Shown here in pieces: positions 13,171 to 26,581 of a stretch of DNA of 64,000 nt. The DNA is from Eledone cirrhosa (Eukaryota): positions 92,752,001 through 92,816,000 of the forward strand of contig OZ024740.1 in the NCBI GenBank assembly GCA_964016885.1. The letters run 5' to 3'. Position numbers and translations under genes: made by a program. Numbering within the stretch: position 1 is the stretch's first letter; each line of letters begins with the position of its first letter. The notes below the pieces were generated by a model. That model saw only the letters and a list, made by a program, of their open reading frames with translations. It made no database searches and was not told where the DNA came from.

Positions 13171-13906
13171 TGGTAGTTTTGCTGATCCTGGGACTGCTGT
13201 TGTACACTCACAGAAACTTAAACTGCAGTGCATTATATGACAGAGCTCTTACTGACCATGATTTGCTGCCTACTGCCGTATAGAAGGTAGTTGAGCATTT
13301 TCGTACTTCAGGTTTTACTTTTATGTTAGTTTTTAATATTTCTTTTCAGAGTAAACAAAGTTTCGTAATGGAAATCACACAAAGATATGCATGTACAGCG
13401 ATGTTAATCCTTAGTATCGAGTGCAGATGTAAATAAGAACATTTTACCAGCTCAATATAGAATATATCTGTAATACTTTCCTCTCGAATATAACTAAATC
13501 AATTGTGCATCAATTTGCATAACATTAATATATTTCAGGATTTACTGCGTACTAGACAGACTGAATTTGTTAACAATATATTTCAAATAACGGACTTCAT
13601 TCTCTTATCTCCTAACGTAGGCATCTATGCCCTATGCAATTGTATTTTTTAAGGATTTTACAGTTGTTTAAAAACAAAATAATTACGCACCGATACACAC
13701 ATAAACACACACCCAAACACATAGATATGTGTTGTCCTATGTGTTTATTAGTTGTATATCTATCAATATACATGCATACACGCACACCCGCACGCACACA
13801 CACACACACGCACACACACACACACACATACACACACACACACGCACACACATATACACACATGCACACACACACACACACATACACACACACACATATA
13901 TATATG

Positions 13907-13946
<40 letters not shown>

Positions 13947-13950
13947 TATA

Positions 13951-16413
13951 ATGAAAAATTGAACAGGGACAGAACAGAGAGGCAGTACAATAAATGTTTA
14001 TTAAATTCACGCTCAGGAGAGTGGAGGGTAGGTGGGGGACGACGTTTCGGGCATAAGCTCTTCTTCAGGTGAGAAGTGTGTGGGAACAGAGTTCAAAAGG
14101 TGTGTAGGGGAGTGGTGGAGAGACATATAGCGAAAGGAAACGGTGCGAATGAAAAATTAACAAATAAAGACAAAAGATATAATAAATAAAAATAAAGCAT
14201 GATCAAAATACAAGGAATGAGAAAATTTAAAAATAAAGGCATGATCAAAATAAACTGAAATTAAAAGGGGGGTAAACAGGTGGTGGAAGGGTGTGGGGCG
14301 AGTAGGGGTGGTGGCGGTATGAGTGGGGAGAGGGAGACGGGTATGTCCGAGTGGGGAGGGCTGAAGGTGGTGTGTGTGGTTAGCTGTGCGTGTGTGTGTG
14401 TGTGTGTGTGTATGTGAAAGTGAGGGTTGGGGCAAGAACGGGGTTGCATGTTCAGGAAGGTGTGTGGGGGGGTGTGTTTGTGGGTCGGAGTGTCTGTGCG
14501 TGTGTGGATAGGGGGGGGGGGAGAGGAATCAGGAGGCTGAGGGTGTACATATGTGGTGGGAAGCACGTGTGTGTGGTTTAAGCGTGTTGTGGGTGTGGGT
14601 GGCGTGTGGATAAAAAAAAATGTTTGGGGTGTGTGTGTGGGTGAGTTATATAGGTGATGGTGTAAGAGGATGGTTGAAAAGTTGGTAAGTTCCACGGATG
14701 TTTGGAGATTTGGTTAGAAGTCAATTTCGCGTGTGGGTAATCCAAGAAGCGGTGGTCGGAAGAGGAGAGATGTGGGGTGCGCGCGCAACAGGAAGTGGTC
14801 AGCAGTGGGAGTGCTGTGGTCAGTTGGTCCTGAGAGGTGGTCAGAAGGGCAAAGCAGCAGTCGGTGGAATGGTAGGGAGGCGAGCATGGGTAGGTGTGAG
14901 AGTTGGAGTGAGGAGGGTGTGTGTGTGTGTGTGTGTGTGTGTATTAGTAGGGGTGTTAGTGGGATGAGTGAATGTGGAGCGGGGAGAGAAGGGTGTAGGT
15001 GGTTCTATGGAGGGAGTGTGGTGTACTGGTGTGTGTGTAGTGTGGTGAAGAGGTGTTAGTGGGTGTTAGTATACGGGAGGTGGGGAGGGATGGAATGCAG
15101 GTGTGAGTGGGGGTTAGTGGTGGTAGGGTGTGTAGAGTTGGTGGTGTACGAGGGTGTGTGGGTACGTGTGCGTGGGGTTGGTGGTGTTAGTGATGTTAGT
15201 TGCGTGTGGCGTGGGTGCATGTGTGCGTGTGATAAGGAGGGGGGGAGAAGAGGGGAGGGAAGGGATGTTAGTATGTTAGTTGGGGAAGGGTGGTCAGATG
15301 AGGGGTGGAGTGAAGGTGTTAGTATTGTTTGTGTGGGGTGGGCGGTGAAAAGGAGGTGTGTGTTAGTGGTGTTAGTGGGGGATAAGTGTGGAGGGAGGGG
15401 GGCGGTCGAACGCTAAAGGAATAAGGGTGGGGAGTTCAGGCCGGGGGGAGTGTGGGTCTGTAAGATGAAGATAGTGCGTTATTAGACCGTAAGGCGATGG
15501 GCAGGTGTTCCGTAGCACTGGAGTAGGCCACAGACTGTGAGATGGCGTGCGGAGTGTCCAGGGCCACCAAATTGGCGGGCGATGGGGGAACTGCCCCCGA
15601 GACGAATATCCCGGAGGTGCTCCGTTACTCGGTCCGCCAGGCGACGTCCCGTCTGTCCGACATAAGTCGCGCTGCACTCCGTGCAAAGAAGTCCGTAGAC
15701 TAGGTTGGAGGAGGTGCAGCGGAAGGCATGCCGGACCGAGAGAGAGTGGCCGTTGGGACCCTGGAAGGTGGTGGTGTTGGTGATGTGAGGACAGGTGTTG
15801 CAGCGGGGCCTAGAACAGGGGAAGGAACGGGGGGGGCGTGGGTTGGGGGGTAGGGAGCTGTGGACGAGGAGGGTGCGGAGATTGCGTGCGCGTTTGAAAG
15901 AGGGGAGTGGTGGGGTTGGGAAGATGTGGGAGGTGGAGGGGTCGGACTGGAGGCGTCGGAAGAGGCGGCGGATGGTGCGGTGGAGGGGTGAGGTGGAGGG
16001 GTGGTAGGTGATGGGGAAGGGGAGACGGTGGGTGGGTGTGCGGTGGCGTGGGGTGAGGGTGGTGGAGCGGGGGATAGCACGGGCGCGGGTGAGACCGGTG
16101 TAGCCGAGAGAGGGGGGTAACCTCTGCGGATGAAATGGCTGACTAGGGAAAGGGCCTGGGACTCGAAGTCAGCATCACGGCTACAGAGGCGGCGGATCCT
16201 GAGAAGTTGGGAGTAGGGAATGGAGAGTTTAGTGTGGGTGGGGTGGGAAGAAGTGAAGTCGAGGTAAGAGTGGGAGTCGGTGGGTTTGAAGAAGGCGGAG
16301 GTGACGAGGGAGTGGTGGGAGGGGTCGAAGGCGACGGAGATGTCTAAGAAGTGGACGTGGGTGATGGAGATAGAGGTGGTGAAGTGGAGGGAGGGGTGGA
16401 AGGAGCAGAAGAA

Positions 16414-16416
<3 letters not shown>
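13951..16416 (-). mobile_element. 5'-truncated GC-rich PLE (Neptune-like), (TA)n-flanked
   Basis: RT thumb VHFLDISV...FFKPTDSHSYLDFTSSHP...SIPYSQLLRIRRLCS (16416-16120). After a frameshift, GIY-YIG FRCTSSNLVYGLLCTECSATYVGQTGRRLADRVTEH...PPGLN (~15740-15414), then a long CA-rich 3' UTR. Confidence 0.88.
14038..14068 (-). ncRNA. Hammerhead core in PLE 3' UTR
   Basis: CUGAAGA-A-GAGC(uuau)GCCC-GAAA-CGUCG-UC; no obvious local stem I. Confidence 0.55.
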
Positions 16417-16487
<71 letters not shown>

Positions 16488-16490
<3 letters not shown>

Positions 16491-16587
16491 AAAATGTGTA
16501 ACACCGACGGCAGAGATCAATCCCTTTCGACGGTATTTCTGGTGTGTTATGGTCCATCTGGTTCCTTTCTACACTCCCTTCGTTAAC
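16488..16587. mobile_element. Family C fragment with internal inversion
   Basis: GACGGCAGAGATCAA...TTTCGACGGTATTTCTGG followed by inverted GTTATGGTCCATCTGGTTCC. Confidence 0.65.
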
Positions 16588-17422
16588 TATATATATATGT
16601 ATATATATATATATATATGCAAAAGGCCCACATACATAACAAAGAAAACCACAGAGTTACTAACAAGGAATGTAAGCAGTTTCTTTCAGTATTTTACAAG
16701 TTGAAAACTAAGCAGACGTGATATTACACAATAAGTATAATAAATGTAAGTCATTCAAGTCGAATAATGTGATTAGGCCGGTTAGACCTAAAGGATTAAA
16801 AAAAAACCACACACACAGATATACACGTATAATAACTGATCTGTAGAGGACAACAGATAGCATGGATATACCTTTATCAGGCCGGCCAGCGTTTCAACAC
16901 TCATCTCCGGTAATTTTTTCAGTCCAAGACCCGTGTCCACCATGTTAGTGAAAAACGGTCCGGCATATATTCCAAAACCCAAACTAAACAGAACTTACAG
17001 CAAATTGTCTGAGTTAGTGGCCATACGTTACAAGATATATGTATGGCATCTATATCACAAATGTTTGACAAGTGTGGACAGTTGGAACACTGGAGACGAT
17101 AAAAGACGCAGAGTATAGGAATCACTAATAGGAAGATATTGACTTGCGATGCTTAAGATACATTTTTCATTAATACATCGAAGTGCATTTTATAATTTCT
17201 TGTATACAGTTTGCTTCTGTAATTTATTTATCTATAGTAAGAATATTTTCGAAATTGTCGCTGGAAATCTAGCACTTCAGAAATCACATAAAGTTTAAAC
17301 ACATTATTTGGCTATATAATTTTAGAAGTAATTTAAATATACATTACATTTTTGAGGCAGTTCATTCCGCTGTGTTTTAGTTTTGGGAAATTTACATTAT
17401 TTCATTATTTATTTTGTATTTT

Positions 17423-17608
17423 GGTGTGGATTGGCAGTATCGGTAGAGGGTCTGACGCCATGCATTGCAGCAAAGAGTTACGGCCCATTATGATATGAGT
17501 TCAAATCCCGCCGAAGTTAACTTTGCCTTTCATCCTTACGGGGTCGACAAAATAAAGTACCAGTAATATACTGGGATATATGCAGGCCTTGTGCCAAAAG
17601 TAGAAACA
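17423..17608 (+). mobile_element. tRNA-derived SINE with 19-bp TSD
   Basis: Same family as 4730-4914; TSD ATTATTTATTTTGTATTTT at 17404-17422 and 17609-17627. Confidence 0.92.
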
Positions 17609-17981
17609 ATTATTTATTTTGTATTTTACGTGGTTGTTTACATTTTACTACTTATCCTCACTTATTTTAATACGTATTCTATTTTACACCTGGGATAATT
17701 AATCATTCATGTATAAATACTTAACGCAATTGAAATCGCTTACGTACTTATGGAAACCATCAAATTTATCATTATTAACTACATCATCATCAACATCACA
17801 ATGGTTCACATATAATTCTCGAATATATTTCATTATATATTATTAAAGTGTTACTTGTACCAATTAGATTCTCCACTAGTTAATGTTTTGTTTCCCTTCT
17901 CTTGGTAACATGGATAATTTGCCTCTAACATTTCAATATAAGTATGTGTGTGTGGGTGTGTAGGTTTATGTGTGCATATGC

Positions 17982-18025
<44 letters not shown>

Positions 18026-18027
<2 letters not shown>

Positions 18028-18140
18028 CGAAGGAAATGTGGTAAGGAACCAGGTGGACCATAACGCACCAAAGTACTCAATACTTGGGGTAGTAGAGTGG
18101 GTAATAGGAACCAGTAAGACCCCAAGGTCTTACTGGTTCC
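18026..18140. mobile_element. Family C fragment with terminal hairpin
   Basis: Matches 6659-6752; ends in ATAGGAACCAGTAAGACC-ccaa-GGTCTTACTGGTTCCTAT. Confidence 0.8.
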
Positions 18141-18171
<31 letters not shown>

Positions 18172-18386
18172 TTATATAAGTATGTGTGTTTCTAACTATG
18201 TATCAATGTTTAGTTGATTTGCTGATATTCTTTTTTAAATGTACACATTGTATCGATTAAGATGTTCTCCGCCAATCAAAAATTGCCAAGACCATCTATA
18301 TATATGACGCCTTGTATTGAAGATGTTTTCAGGTATCGATAGAGCTACTTACATATATTAAACGTCTAAATATATATATATGTATA

Positions 18387-18484
<98 letters not shown>

Positions 18485-18494
18485 CAGAGAGATG

Positions 18495-18534
<40 letters not shown>

Positions 18535-18541
18535 GTAGAGA

Positions 18542-18574
<33 letters not shown>

Positions 18575-18607
18575 GGAGAGAGAGAGAGAGAGAGAGAGTG
18601 AGAGAGA

Positions 18608-18652
<45 letters not shown>

Positions 18653-19202
18653 GGAAAGATGAGATGTTATTTTACGTATGCATCTTCTTTGTCTTCTGAA
18701 TAATCTCAATGTTTGACTTCGTAAAATATAAAAGAAAACAACAAAGCTTTTGCACACATACTCAACCACAGTGGCATACAGGTACAGAATCACCCTTATA
18801 TATATGTATATATATATATAGATATATGTATTTGTGTATTCGACTGAATTCATGTATCAATACGAATCTTTAGGTATCACGAGAATACTTATCTTTTCAT
18901 TGTTATTTACTTTCATATAAACAGACAAAATACACACAATGCACATACAACATCTAGATATACACAAAAAAAGAACAGCATTATTATCGACTGCATAGAC
19001 TACTCTTTTTTTGAAGTTAGAACTTTTTATTTTATGTATATTCTTTTTAAAGAAGACATAGAAAATGTATCGGTTTCACTAATAGACGGTGAAAGTAAAT
19101 ATAATAGCAGATTTGCTATAAAAAGTATGGAGAAAAGTTGCATAGGGTGCTTATCTTCAGAATACAATTTTGGGGTAATTTATTTCCAATTCATACAAAC
19201 CA

Positions 19203-19257
<55 letters not shown>

Positions 19258-19649
19258 AATCTTATAAATATTATATATCTACGTATGCCCTCTGCGGCAA
19301 TTTACGTCGAAAGAGTATTCAAATCCGCTTTTCTTTTCATTCAGAGAAACATCGATTTCATTGTGTACCTAATTTAAGTGATAGAACTATAAAGCACACA
19401 AGTACATATACAAACCAACACGCACGTACAAACACGTGCTCCACATACACTCATATATATATGTATACATTCTTGTGAATATGCTTGTGCATATGCTTGT
19501 GTGTATGTGTGTATGCAGGACATCCGTAGAAGTAACCCAGTTAAAACTATCATTGTCTCTTGATAGAAACGCTATTTAACAATACAAGGGGAGGAAACGT
19601 AATAGTAAAACTGATGATGTCACAGGTACGCGATGAAAGAAATTCGATA

Positions 19650-19713
<64 letters not shown>

Positions 19714-19825
19714 TATATATATATATTTTTAACCGTTGGTCTATCAATGATAAACTTTGATTGTCAGCCACATTAACTATAGGGATATAAAATATATAGA
19801 ATTGAAAACCAAAGAGTGGCTGTTA

Positions 19826-19928
19826 ATCCCGTCGAGGTTAACTTTGCTTTTCATCCTTACGGAGTTGATAAAATAAAGTACCAGTAATGCACTGGGTAAT
19901 TGCTGGCCTTGAGCAAAAAGTAGAAACA
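19826..19928 (+). mobile_element. 5'-truncated SINE copy
   Basis: AATCCCGTCGAGGTTAACTTTGC...GTAGAAACA matches the SINE 3' half. Confidence 0.85.
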
Positions 19929-20027
19929 ATTATTATTTGTGGCTATATTATAACAATATGACCATCCCCAAATACAACAAAATTAGTTTCAACCCACGAT
20001 TTCATATAATGAAACCTGGAATAAAAT

Positions 20028-20191
<164 letters not shown>

Positions 20192-20379
20192 CGTGTGTGT
20201 GTGTGTGTGTGTGCGTGTGTGTGTGTGTGTGCGTATGTGTGTATGGTGGCCGCCAACTCGTTTTCGAGTACGGCCACTACTTTATATCCATGTAGGAGAA
20301 TACTACCGGTGCGCTGAACAACTGTGACTTTTTAGTCCAGCCAGCGACTTGAAAACTCTGGTACAAACACTACACTTAT

Positions 20380-20851
20380 GACAATTATTTACACATAGTG
20401 CTGGGCCCATGGTACCGTGTGAGGACAAGTGAGGAAAGATCTCCAGATATAAAGAAATGCCTGTGCTGTGAAGCTTTTATAGTGAGCAAAGGCACTGCAC
20501 AAAGCCAGTCTCACTCTCTTAACCAAGATGATATTTACCAAAAAGAAGAACAAGTCAACATCATTGGATACCATCAGAGTTGCAGGTGTTATATCAGAGT
20601 TTTCCTTCTCATAGAATTCTGCCTTGACAAAGGCTAAGGGGTCATCTCTCCAGGTGATTGTGTATGGCCATTGACGCTTAAGAGCACCTTTGCCCTTTGA
20701 CAGGTTTTGTTTTTAGTCCTGGAGGATATCCACAGTCACCCTCCTCACCAAGAAACCTTGGTGGGGTTGCCAGTTTCGTCGCCAACGACCAGACCATGAG
20801 ACAGGTTGTCCTGGGATACATGTTACCAGTAGCACCAACTGGTGACCTGAC
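20380..20851 (-). mobile_element. Probable RTE-clade LINE 5' UTR remnant
   Basis: GC-richer island containing GAGAAGGAAAACTCTGA, a motif I recall from RTE 5' UTRs; structured 5' end; no ORF. Confidence 0.45.
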
Positions 20852-21000
20852 ATATATATACATACATATATATACATATATAATAGTAATAAACGAAATA
20901 TATATACTCTATACCATCTCTCTCAATGTATATATGTATATATTTATATATACATATTATAAAGAACGAAGAATCAGTGTTGTATCATCTCACATTTATT

Positions 21001-21094
21001 AAAATATTATATATGTTTCTCCGTCGATCAGCTCGAGGCGAGATGTGTTACAGATCGAACACGACTCTGTAGTCGGACGATCTTCAGATATGTT
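21001..21094 (-). ncRNA. Hammerhead motif with extended stem II
   Basis: AACAUAU-CUGAAGA-UCGUC...GACGGA-GAAA-CAUAUA-UA-AUAUUUU; intact core, one mismatch each in stems I and III. Confidence 0.7.
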
Positions 21095-21373
21095 GTGTGT
21101 GTTCACACATGACAGCTGTTATTTATCTGTAGTACATATTAACATCCTGCTATTTCGGCCTTTTCTTTGCTTCAATAAACCCATCATCATAATATTTCTA
21201 TTCACTGTCGTTAGTCCATTGCCTAATCAAGCTGCGGTATTTGTTCACGCGTAACCTGTCACCACATTATTTTTTGTCAGCTACCACTAATTTTACCATT
21301 CTCACACCACCGATTCCCCTAACTGTGCATATACACGCTCACACGCATACACACACACACACATGCATGTGTG

Positions 21374-21426
<53 letters not shown>

Positions 21427-21571
21427 AATACGTAGTTAAGAAAGCCACAACAATGCAGAGGGAAATCTCGAGGTAGGAAGTGAAAGATAGATAGGAAAGA
21501 CAGGTGGAAGTGAAAATTGAGAGAGACAAAGATGAAAACAAAACAAAGGTAGAAGGGTTACCGTAGTAGAG

Positions 21572-21659
<88 letters not shown>

Positions 21660-21686
21660 TAATATATATATATACATATATATAAG

Positions 21687-21763
<77 letters not shown>

Positions 21764-21857
21764 GTGGGACACTGGAGGGTAATATCCGTAGTGGTAGAGC
21801 ACTCAGTCCAATGTACGAGTTAGGTAGAAGTGGTTACACAACAGTTAGTTCACCATA

Positions 21858-21897
21858 CCGAGAACAATTGTTTCACCTCCGCGGATCTTCAGCTCGG
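21858..21897 (-). ncRNA. Minimal hammerhead (family B); sense copy at 23411-23450 has GAGA instead of GAAA
   Basis: CCGAG-CUGAAGA-UCCGCGGAGGU-GAAA-CAAUUG-UU-CUCGG; palindromic stem III. Confidence 0.8.
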
Positions 21898-22079
21898 GAT
21901 GTGTATGGTTATAGGAACAGGAAGGACAACCGTACGAACGCGCATGCGCAGAAACTCGGTCACTTTTCACAGGCAATACTAGACTGCGTGCTGGGGGTGT
22001 AAGGGAGATAACTGCGAAAGTCCGGAAAGTTTTTAGGTTGAAAATAAAATTAAAATGATTAAAAATAATATTACAAAGA

Positions 22080-23259
22080 AATTACGTCTCCATGGGATAG
22101 TTTGACTGTGCTGACGTATGTGACTTGGTTGGCCTTTTTATCTTAGACATATCACGTTTTAGATTCCCGGTCTTCCACACGGGAATATACCGTGACGATG
22201 GACTAACTTTATCGAGCCATAAAAGTGGTCACGACCTCGACCGGTTTAAAAAAGACTTAGCTTCTACCTTCAATGAGTTAGGCCTTAGGATAACAGTAGC
22301 CACCAACCTCTCTAGCGTAGATTTCTTAGACATTAATTTAGACCTTCGCACACACACCCGCAGACCCTTCCATAGGCTAAATGAGAAATTTAATTACATT
22401 CACATGCCTCCCTCCCACTGTTATTAGAAACTTCGTTAAGAATATCAGTACTAAAATCTCAAACTTCTCCTCTAATAAGGCTATATTTGACAGGGCGGCA
22501 CCCTTCTATAACACGGCGTTGGCTAACAGCGGCTTCTCACAACCTGTCACCTACTTTCCCACTAGCAACAACACCATTAAGAAAAGTAAGCGCATCAATA
22601 GGCAAACTATCTGGTTCTCTCCTCCCTTCTCACTCAACGTTAAAACCAATGCAGGGAAAAAATGTCTAGCCGTATTAGATAGACACTTCCCCATAGGTCA
22701 TAAATACCGCTCCACCTTTAACCGACACAAATTTAAACTAGGATACACCTGCGCTAAGTACATGAAGGCCCACATCACCAGCAGCCCTAGGAGCAACAAC
22801 CCGCCAGGGTGTTCTTGCCGTAAGCCTGAAGCTTGCCCGCTTCAGAAGCAATGCAACACACCAGCTGTAATCTATGAAGCTGTGGTCACTTCCAACCGAC
22901 CAAACGAACCACAGGAGGTCAAAACCTATGTGGACATGGCGGAGGGCCGATTCAAGGAGCGTTTCCTGAACCACCAGTCTACCTTCAGATATCCGGACAG
23001 ACGATCATCCACGAAACTCGCGAGCCACGTATGGTCCCTCAAGGACTCAAGTATAGGCTACTCCATTCAATGGAAAGCCATCACTAAGTCCAAGCTATAC
23101 GCAAGGGGAAATCCGACGTGTGGCTTATGTATTGACGAACGAATAACTGTCCTAAAGATATTACGCAATAGTGATTGCCTAAACACGAGAAGTGAATTTT
23201 CCACACGTTGTTCACACGACACCAAACATCTATTGCATAACTACAAGGCTCCGGACTGA
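22080..23259 (+). pseudogene. PLE RT (C-terminal part) and GIY-YIG endonuclease, frameshifted
   Basis: GIYRDDGL, VDFLDINLDL, IWFSPPFS, CSCRKPEACPLQKQC, VIYEA...YVDM, FKERFLNH, CGLCIDER, LNTRSE...CSH. Confidence 0.92.
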
Positions 23260-23477
23260 TTTTTGTAATTTTATTTTTATTTTAACCTGAAAACTTTCCG
23301 GACTTTCGCACTTATCTCTCTTACACCTTCCGCACACAATCTAGTATTGCCTGTGTGAAGTGACCGAGTTACTGCGCATGCGCGTTCCTGTTACTATATC
23401 CATACACATCCCGAGCTGAAGATCCGCGAAGGTGAGACAATTGTTCTCGGTATGGTGAACTAACTGTTGTGTAACCA

Positions 23478-23528
<51 letters not shown>

Positions 23529-23530
23529 TA

Positions 23531-23571
<41 letters not shown>

Positions 23572-23573
23572 TA

Positions 23574-23618
<45 letters not shown>

Positions 23619-23620
23619 TA

Positions 23621-23661
<41 letters not shown>

Positions 23662-23663
23662 TA

Positions 23664-23732
<69 letters not shown>

Positions 23733-23979
23733 AATATTGAGTTATAAACTCGAAATAGTCTTTTACAATTAAATAGCTCAAAGAAGGGAATATTTCCGAG
23801 CCGTGTAATACAAATGAATATATGAGGGATGAACACCTATACAATTATACATGTGTTTGAATTGCAAATGACCAAGTTAGCTAGGTTGAAAAATACTAAT
23901 TTAACATAATATGGTTTCCATGTCTGGATTTGAAATAATAAATCAATAAAAATAACAAACCTATATTGGCAATGGCCGT

Positions 23980-24056
23980 GATACCCGGACAAATTCTAAA
24001 TTTGTTTCGCAACAATTAAGTGAAAGATACTATTCCTGTGCTCTTCTGCGGGTATC
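23980..24056 (-). ncRNA. Hammerhead with CAGAAGA core (left arm)
   Basis: GAUACCCG-CAGAAGA-GCACA...UGUUGC-GAAA-CAAAUU(uag)AAUUUG-UC-CGGGUAUC; perfect 8-bp stem I and full stem III. Confidence 0.8.
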
Positions 24057-24274
24057 CAGGAAAATGTGTATCATTCATTTCATAATACTTAAGAAGACTG
24101 AGAAATACGTGTTGATGAACGCACATGTGTCGCAGCGTCAAACTCGTCTCATACTCGTGCCGCTAAAAAAAGCAGTCGATTTTATGGGACTAAGTTAGCT
24201 CAACTTATGGAGCGGTGAATATCAAATATTGAGTTATAAACTCAAAATAGTCTTTTCTAGATAGTATTTTCCTG

Positions 24275-24351
24275 GATACCCGCAGAAGAGTACAGGAATA
24301 GTAACTTTCACTTAATTGTTGCGAAACAAATTTAGAATTTGTCCGGGTATC
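24275..24351 (+). ncRNA. Hammerhead with CAGAAGA core (right arm)
   Basis: Same fold as 23980-24056 and same U4A core. Confidence 0.8.
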
Positions 24352-24653
24352 ACGGCCATTGCCAATATAGCTTTGTTATTTTTGTTGATTTATTATTATA
24401 AATCGAGACAGGCAAACCATATTATGTTAAATTAGTATTTTTCAACCTAGCTAACTTGGTCATTTGCAATTCGAACACATGTATAATTGTATAGGTGTTC
24501 ATCCCTCATATATTTATTTGTATTTATATATATATTTAAGGAAAACTATTTGTTGTAATGCAAGATTTTTGCCAATGGATTGCGCTAGGAGTAAGATATG
24601 AACCACTGTTCGTTGATCAAATGGCTCGTTTTATTTCAGTCGTGTGCAATTTG

Positions 24654-24717
<64 letters not shown>

Positions 24718-24719
<2 letters not shown>

Positions 24720-24856
24720 CAAAGGAATTGTGGTGAGGAACCAGATGGACCAAAACGCATCAGAGTACGCAATACTTTGGGTAGCTGAGTGGGAAATAGG
24801 AACACGTATGACCCCGACGGCAGAGCTCAAGCCGTTTCGACGGCTATTTCTGGACA
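24718..24856. mobile_element. Family C copy
   Basis: Colinear with 6659-6793, ending at TTTCGACGGCTATTTCTGGA. Confidence 0.8.
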
Positions 24857-25926
24857 TATGTATATATGCGTGTGTGTGTGTGTGTGCGGTTGTGTATGTG
24901 TGCGTACATGTATGTGTGTTTGTATGTGTGTATGTATGTGGTTTTGTGTATTTATAAGCACAAGCACATGCAAACATTATATATATATGTATGTGTGTGT
25001 CTATGTGTTAGTCTGTGTGTGCGTGTGTGTCTGTGTGTGTGTATGTATGTCTCCATATGTTTTGTGAAAGTCTGTAAACATATATACACACACAATCATA
25101 TGCTTTTGTAAGAATTTAAGGAAATCCGTAGTAACAACATGCAGTGAATTGATACAGAAAAGCTAACAACTTAAACAATAGCAACTATATGATATTTAAA
25201 TGAAATTTCCGTTTCATTCGCTTTATTGCATTATTTTATTGCATGTGCGTGCTTTAACAGTTGATGCGCTTTCAATTGAATAATGTATTAGCTAAATTTT
25301 CGCATAGAAAATTTATAATGGGGTAGGTGACGATTGAACTATAGAATACTAAGGACAAAACAAAGAACTATGTTAAGTTATATGTTAGTATATGTGTGGG
25401 AGAGTTCGTGTTGCTATGTGGATTTAAGTTCATTTAAGAACAACAAAATCTGGCAAACAAAATCACTGTAACAAAATTATAATCTTGCGAGAAAGCACAC
25501 GTTTAAGGAAACTGCAATAGATTTAAATAAAGAGATCAAAGTGTAAGAATGACATTACAGAAAAAAAATTAATCTTTTACCAAAGATAATAAAAAAAAAA
25601 AATACGTAGTTCTGCTATTGCTTTGTCAATGTGAAGGCAACTTTTAAAAGTAGCATAAAAGGCAACGTTTAACATACGATTAGTCGGTTACTGTGCAAAC
25701 AGTCGATTTTTGCTTTTATCTATTTACGGTAATAAACAGACACAAGCGCACCGACATGCACAGGTACAAACACACATTTGCCACATAGGATAGTATAAGT
25801 ATGGGTACTATATATAAGCATATATAAACAAACATACATACACACATACACGTGCACACACAGACATATATGTGTGTGCGTGTGTCAGTGTGTGTGTATG
25901 TATATCTTTAAACCTATATGCACACA

Positions 25927-26002
<76 letters not shown>

Positions 26003-26319
26003 CATTCAAACGCCATATATATATATATATATATATGTAAGTACATATGGATGTGTGTGTGTGTAAGTGTGAGGGGGGGGGGGTACGTGGGTGTATATCT
26101 TTATGACTTTATTTTGCAAGATTATTGATGTGAAATCATTTGTTGATACAGATATTGTTACACTTGGGTACGGATAATTTTCTATTTGTTTTTCCAATAA
26201 AGACGCACGCATTAATAGAAATTCACTTCAGCTCTATTTCAGAGATTGGATTTTGGTTATTATTTTTTGTTGTCAAAATTCTTTCATCACACATTATGTG
26301 ACTACCTTAATAACTAGTT

Positions 26320-26577
26320 GATGTTGTCCTCTGTGTCTCCTCTTCATTCTGCTCTTATTCTATTGACTACATCTTGGACTTGCACAGAACAATCTTGGTG
26401 GAAGGCAGGACAGGTGTTGAGATGTTCACGGGAGAGGCTGGTGCTAGCGTTATAATAACTGCATATATCATGGATAAGTTCAGTGAAATGGGAGATCAGA
26501 GCACCAACGAACATGTCAGCAGTGTTCTGGCGTATTCTGGTAAGCAGGGATACCACAGAGACATGCCGCTAACATCC
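26320..26577 (+). pseudogene. Old LINE RT remnant, apparent target of the Gypsy insertion
   Basis: Degenerate match to the (Q)GCPLSPLLF...IDYIL RT motif; heavily decayed. Confidence 0.35.
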
Positions 26578-26581
26578 ACCG

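Larger units (their letters stand above)
21760..23480 (+). mobile_element. 5'-truncated PLE (family B, probably Nematis-type) with inverted pseudo-LTR, in (TA)n
   Basis: 21830-22056 is an inverted copy of ~23265-23480; coding remnant lies between; both ends abut (TA)n. Confidence 0.92.
23730..24523 (-). mobile_element. Non-coding unit (492-bp period) with 260-bp inverted arm
   Basis: TCAAATATTGAGTTATAAACTC at 23730 and 24222; 24266-24523 mirrors 23807-24065. Confidence 0.85.

Noticed and set aside
16870-16930. Minus-strand CUGAAAA...GAAACG motif
   Set aside because: Core mismatch and no convincing stems.
20730-20830. Twister ribozyme (UAA...GAGGAGGG)
   Set aside because: Lacks the GUNNCAAGCCC-like loop needed for the twister pseudoknots.
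24112-24148. Plus-strand UUGAUGA-ACGC...GCGU-CAAA-CUCG-UC
   Set aside because: Two core mismatches and no stem I; a much better hammerhead lies on the opposite strand of the same unit.
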